From Rebecca billardiae RCC1528 (Eukaryota > Protista > Haptophyta): a DNA stretch of 64,000 bases. Where the stretch lies: positions 2,418,001 through 2,482,000 of the forward strand of contig OZ251222.1 in assembly GCA_965240325.2 (NCBI GenBank), given 5' to 3'. A program made the translations under genes and the position numbers. The notes beneath the pieces are model-generated. The model was not told the DNA's origin and did not search any database. It saw only the letters and a list, made by a program, of their open reading frames with translations. This document shows positions 58,091 through 64,000 of this stretch, piece by piece. Within the stretch, counting starts at the first letter, position 1. Each line of letters opens with the position of its first letter.

Positions 58091-61000
58091 ATGGTCGCTG
58101 TGGAGGCGCGCGACGAGCTGCAGCACACGCTCGGGCGCATCGAGCACGGCCTGAGATCAGGTGCTACGCGGCGATCATGCCCTGCGAAACGCACGCGCGC
58201 CCGGCGGCGCCCAGCGCGTGCTCGTGGCGCTGGCACGCGGTGCACGCATGGGCGCTCACCGCGCGCTCACCGCGCACTGCCGCGCGCGTGCAGATGATCC
58301 CATGATCGCCGTGGGAGATCTGCAGCAGCTCGTCGTCGACGTTGAGCGTGATCATCTCCCAGATGACCAGATCGGCTTCATCGTGAAGAATGTGCTGCCA
58401 AAGTTCGTGCAGATTTTGCTCAAGTTCACGTGCGCGCGGCTATTCGCACGCGCGCTAGTCACGTGCGCGCGGCCGATTGTTGGCCGGTGCGCGCCCTTGC
58501 TGAGGCTGCCCCGCATCCCCGGGCGCGACCACCCACGTGTGCGACTCACGCCGCGCAGCGACCTCGACGCCGAGATGGCGAGCGACGTGAACAAGCTGCT
58601 CGAGGCTATTCTGCGCATGTCCTGCGCGCAGCTGCAGCAGGGGCGCATCGACGTGGTCGAGACAGTGAGCCGCATCCTCACAGATAACGTTCCCTACTAC
58701 CAAGCGATGGGAAAGGTGCGCGCAGCATCGCGCGCAGGGCCCTCGGACCGCGCGCCACGCACGCGGCTGACGCGCTCGCATGTGCGTGCGCGCGCACCGC
58801 GCGTGGCCCTCGCGTGGCCCGCGCAGGACATGCTGGACCACGCCGAGCTGGACACGGACGACTCGACCGAGGACTCACACAGCTTATACGATGGGAGCGA
58901 CGGCGACGGCGGCACCGCCGGCGTGGGCGAGATCACGGTGCGCCGCCACGCGGCGCCGCGCGCGCGCGCCACGCGCGCCCGCACAGCGTCTCTCGCGCGC
59001 ACGGAGCGCACGCGCGCCGCTGACTTCGTCGCCCCTTGCGGCTGGGCACCCACCGCGGCGCGTGCGCGACCTCGGCCCGCGCCGCGCAGTCGTCCTTCGA
59101 CGGCCTGAACAGCGCGTACCACCGCAATGTGAACACCTTCAACGAGCACGGCGGCTTCTCCACCATCCTGCAGTGCATCCGCGCGGCGCAGCCGCCGCTG
59201 CCGCTCAGCGCGGTGCGCTTCATGCTGCGGCCGATCCTGAAGGTGAAGGGCGCGCTGAAGAAGCGCGCGCTCGCGCACTTCGCCGTGGAGGTGCGCAGCC
59301 TCGTCTTTGAGCTCCTCCTCTCGATGCCCAACGAGCAGCTCAAGAACGAGGAGCGCAAGACCGTGCACGAGACGCTGCGGGTCGTGGAGACGCTCGCGCA
59401 AGCGGCCGAGCTGCCCAACGCGCAGCTCGAGTTTGAGCAGCTGATGCTCGACTTTGGGCTCAAGTGCCTGTGCTCGCCGTTCTTCGACAAGCGGCTCGCC
59501 GGGCTGTCCGAGATCAAGGAGGTGATCCACACGTGCGCGCGCAAGCAGGAGATGGCCGCGCAGCAGGCGCGGCCGATCGTCGGGCACGCCATCGACCCGT
59601 CCGCGGACGTGCCGGTGGGCGCGGTCGCGGCCGCCGCGCCCGTCCAGCTGCACGCGGCCGCGGGCGAGGTGCTCGCGGAGAGCTGGCTGACGCCGGCGAT
59701 GATGACGGAGTGGCTCGTGCGCAACCAGGTGCTCGAGGAGCACATCTTCGGCGAGAACATCCACGTGCAGATCGTCAAGCGCTGCACCGACATCCTGCGG
59801 TTCCTCGCGGCGCAGGGCGCGCTCACGGACGGACACGTGCGTCTGATCTGGGAGGTGACGCGCGGCAAGCACGAGTCGGTGGCGCAGGCGGTGTACGCGG
59901 TGATCGTTGACCTCGCGCCGCAGCTCACCGCGCCGCAGCTCGGCTACCTCGAGGCGTGCATCCACGACATCCCGCGCGACGAGTTCGACAAGCCCAAGCT
60001 GTGGATGGTGCGCGGGTTTGCGTGGAACGCGATCGGCTCGGCCGTCAACCAGAGCGCGCCGATCGAGCGCCGCCGGATGTACGGCCTCGACCTGCTGTGG
60101 GAGCTCGCGCAGGACGAGGCGCCGGTGGACGCCGAGCTGCGGCAGCAGGCGCTCGGCGTGCTCTGCGACCTCGTCGCCTGGCAGCCGTGCCACTCCCACC
60201 GCTTCTTCTTCCTCGAGCGCTGCATGCGCACGCTGCAGAACGGCTCGTCCGTCCCGCAGGCGCTGCGCGTGACGAGCAAGATCCTCGCGACGTTCCCGCA
60301 GTCCGAGAAGGGCCGCGCGAGCGAGGAGACGATCTCGCACGTGATCGACGGGCTGGACGAGCGGTACGGGCTGCTCGCCAACCTGCTCTCCGAGCTGCGC
60401 CACTTCCACGACCGCGCGGCCGCCGCCGGCGTCGCGGCGGCCGCCGAGGGCAGCGCGGAGCGGCGCGCGCACATGGTGCACGTGCGCGAGCGGCTCGACT
60501 TCCTCGACTTCGTCCTCACCAACGCGTTCACGGTCGAGCTGACGGTCGCGCAGCTGGACGTGCTGTGGAACTGCCTCGTGCTCGGCGCGCTCTGCGCCGA
60601 GGAGGCCGACGCGTGCTGCACGTGGCTCGACGCCGCCGCGCGGCGCGGCGTGACCCTCTCGGCGGACGTGATGCGCCACGTGTTTGAGGGCTGCTTCCGC
60701 ACGCTCGAGCCCTTCCACGCCGTGCGGCCCGCGTGCTACTCGATGTACGAGACGTGCTTCGTCGCGTTGAACCGGCACGCCGACCGGATCGTTGTCGACC
60801 CGTCCGTGCTCGAGGACGGCGTCGCGCCCGCCGCGACCAGCGAGGTGCCGTTCCAGGTGGTGGCGGACGAGCTGATCGGCTCCGGGCTGCTCTGGCAGAT
60901 TGCGCTCGACGTCGAGGACGACGCCGTCGGCGCGCGCGCGGTGCGCTTCCACAACAAGCTGCACCACCAGCTCTCGGTGGCGCGGCTCGGGCGGCGCGCC

Positions 61001-64000
61001 GAGGCGAAGCGCGCCGAGTACGTGCGCATGTGCATCGAGGCGCTCTCCGTCGCGGCCACCGCGCTCGGCCAGCTCGGCGCCGACGCCGGCGGCGGCGGCG
61101 GCGGCGCGCTCGCAGACGACGAGACGGGCCGGGCGACGGCGGCGCGCGCCGAGCGCGCGCTCCACACGCGGCGGATCCGGCGGTGCCTCTCGCTGCTGCA
61201 CGCCTTCGTCGACGAGCCGCGCGTGGGCGCCCCCGCCGACGCGCCCGCCGCGCAGCGCCACGGCTCGAGCGTGCGCGGCCAGCGGCTGCAGGTGGTCGTG
61301 CAGGTGATCTCGGGCACGCCGCCGCGGCACGAGGTGTGGATGCACTCCAACGAGAGCATAGGCGCGCTGCGCGCCAAGGTGTGGCGGGTGCTCGGCGGCG
61401 AGAGCGGCGGCGTCGACCACCCGTCGATGCTCCGGATGATCGCCGCGGGCAAGGAGCTCAAGAACAACCACGCCACGCTCGCCGACCTCAAAATTGTCCA
61501 CCTGCAGACGGTGCACGTGATGAAGCGCGCGCCCACGCAGGCGTCGCCCGCCAAGCCGCAGCCGCTGCAGCCTGCGCAGATCGTGCAGCAGCAGCCGCTG
61601 ATCGGGCCGCAACCGCAGCCGCAGCCGCAGCCGCAGCCGGCGTCCATGGACGTGGAGGACGCGGACGCGCCCGAGGCCACGTCGGCCAAGCGCTTCGCGG
61701 GCGAGCGCGACGCCATGGGCGGCGCGGCTGGCGCAGGCATGCCCGCGGCGGCCGTGGACGCGCGGCCCAACGGCGTGCACGACGCCGGGCCGACGCTCAC
61801 GCCGGCGAGCACGCTCGTCGCCACGCCGTCCAACTTTGACGCGCTCTTCACGCTGCTCGGGCTGGACGACGAGGTGAGCTCGCTCACCTGGCGCCTGCTC
61901 ATGAACCTGCCCACCGACACGCGCATGCTCGGCGGGCTGCGCGCAGTGCGCGAGGGCGCGCCGACCGGCCAGGCGCCGAGCGGCGCGCCGACGGGCGGCG
62001 CGGCGGGCGCCGAGGCGGCCGACGGCGCCGCGGCGCCGTGGGCGGCGCTGCTCGACCCCAGCTCGAGCTTCAAGCTCCTGTACGCGCTGCAGGTCGTGGA
62101 CATGCTCATGCAGCCCAACGACGCCGACGTCGAGTCGCCGCTCTGCCTGCCCGTCGAGGCGGGCGCGACCGTCTCGGATGGGCTGGCGCTCGTGAGCGAC
62201 GTCACGCAGCTCTCGGCGTGGTGCGACGCATTCCTCGCGCGCGGCGGCGTGACGCACATGATCCACGTGCTCACCTCGCACGGGCCGGCGCTCCTCGACC
62301 CGTGCCGCGGGCCGCAGCGCAAGGCGTGCGTCGCGCTGCTGCTCAAGCTGCTGCTGCAGGTGATCACACGCCCCGAGCTCGCGCAGGCGCACGCGTCTGT
62401 GCTGCGCGAGTTCGAGCTCAGCGAGCACTGCGTGTGCATGCTCGACCTGGACGCGAACGACGAGCGGCGCGAGGTGCGCCGCGTGTGCTTCTCCTCGCCG
62501 CTCGTCGACGCGATGCTCGAGCTCGTGCTGCACATCGCGCGCGAGCACAGCCCGGGCGCGCGCGGCGGCGCGGGCGCGCCGTGCGCCGAGGCGCCGGCCG
62601 CCGCGGCCGAGGCGGCCGCGCTGGTGCAGCCGGCGGCGGCGGCGGACAGCGACGCGGAGATCACGAGCTGCGCGATGCGGCTGCTCGTCGCGATCGCGGT
62701 CGCGGGCGTGCAGGGCGCCGACGGCCTCGAGCCCCCGCCGATCTGCCGCGTCGACGCGCCCGAGGGCCTGCAGCGCGCGCTCCAGCAGCTCGTCGACGGC
62801 TGCCTGCTCAAGTGCGACCACACCGGGCTGCGCTGGGAGGTGGCCGCGGCGCTCTGCATGCTCGCGCACGCCACGAGCGCGCCGGTGGCGCCCGCGCCGC
62901 CGGGCGCCGACGCGCCCGCGCCCGACGCGCCCGACGCCGAGCGGCCCTTCCTGCCCGCGGTGAGCGCGATGCTCGTCTCCTTCCTGCCGCAGATGAGCGT
63001 CGCGCCTGGCGAGCAGGTGGTGCAGTACTTCACCGCGCTCAACGCCGTGTACGAGCTGGCGTGCTCGGCGGGCGGCGCGGCGGGGGCGAGGCTCGGCGAG
63101 ATGCGCGCGCTGCTCCACGCGGTGGTGCAGCAGATGCAGTCGCTGCCCATCGTCGAGCCGCGCTACCCCGACGGCGAGGACAAGGCGCTGATCGGGCTGC
63201 TGCGGCTCACGACGACGATCGTTCGCGCCTTCCCCGACCTTAAGCGAGAGCACGGCCTCATCTCGGTGCTCTTCGACTTCCTCTTCACGATCCAGCTGGC
63301 GAGGCGCACGGAGGGCGGCGGGCACCCGCCGCCGCGGTGCAAGACGCCCGCGTGCCGCGAGGCCGCGCTCGGCTGCCTCGTCGAGCTCGCGCGCGGCTCG
63401 TTTGAGAACATGATGCGGCTGTCGGGACTGCTGCTGCCGCAGCACTCTGGCGGCGAGTCGCGCGCGCAGTGGCACTACATGCCGGCGGTGCTTGAGAAGT
63501 CGCGCAGCGGGTACGTCGGGCTGAAGAACCTCGGCGCGACCTGCTACATGAACTCGCTGCTGCAGCAGTTCTCGATGGTCCCCGACTTCATGCGCGGCAT
63601 GCTCTCGCTGCGACTCGACGACGCGCTGCGGCCCGCGGCCGGCGCGGAGGAGGCGGAGCCGTCGCAGCAGGAGGTCGAGTGCATGGCGCTGCTCTCGCAG
63701 CTGCAGACGATGCTGTGCTACCTCGGCGCGTCGGAGAAGCGCTTCTTCGACACCTCCGAGCTGTGCGCCACGTACAAGGACTTCGACGGCCAGCCGATCA
63801 ACACGTCGGTGCAGATGGACGTGGACGAGTTCTTCTCGACGCTCTTTGACAAGCTCGAGCTCGCGCTCAAGCGCACGCCGCGCGGCAACCTGCTCAAGGA
63901 GCTGTTCGGCGGCGAGACGGTGTCGCAGGTGATCGGCAAGTCGGACGACTGCACGCACACCTCCGAGCGCGACGAGGTCTTCTTCGCCCTGCAGATCAAC
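58091..64000 (+). CDS. Large ubiquitin-specific protease, USP9X/USP24/USP34 (FAF) class, 3' truncated by window
   Basis: Several short 5' exons then one long exon from ~59089 with helical repeats and a UBL-like segment; Cys box GYVGLKNLGATCYMNSLLQQF at ~63510; QMDVDEFF. Read manually; the ORF track shows only the antisense shadow. Confidence 0.92.

Noticed and set aside
58697-63958. 1753 aa minus-strand ORF
   Set aside because: Antisense shadow of the plus-strand USP gene, which carries the catalytic Cys box.

Overview
Very GC-rich, intron-containing eukaryotic DNA. Bipartite plastid-targeting N-termini, a nuclear-encoded sigma factor and a hybrid histidine kinase suggest an alga with a secondary plastid, plausibly a haptophyte (inference). 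Bases 1-15.8 kb are almost all mobile or repetitive: the right arm of a CACTA element with a palindromic subterminal array, an assembly gap, and a ~9.75 kb element in which an intact DD47E Tc1/IS630 transposase and an exact 15 x 417 bp higher-order satellite sit between two near-identical 794 bp DIRECT repeats inserted at ATA-TA-TAT. The rest is gene-dense: Dispatched-like RND protein, F-box/LRR, a plastid sigma-70 factor with an EF-hand pair inserted between regions 1.2 and 2, hybrid histidine kinase, a MORN protein with one exon per repeat, GST, STN1, RNase T2, a BART-START fusion, CDK11 and the 5' part of a USP9/24/34-like DUB. Two related long-TIR Harbinger-like elements are inserted 12 bp apart at the same CTTGCT^TGG motif between the MORN and GST genes. 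Best leads: the direct-repeat-bounded DD47E transposon with satellite, the EF-hand sigma factor, and the target-specific TGG-TSD pair. All coordinates and exon models were read by eye; no searches were run.
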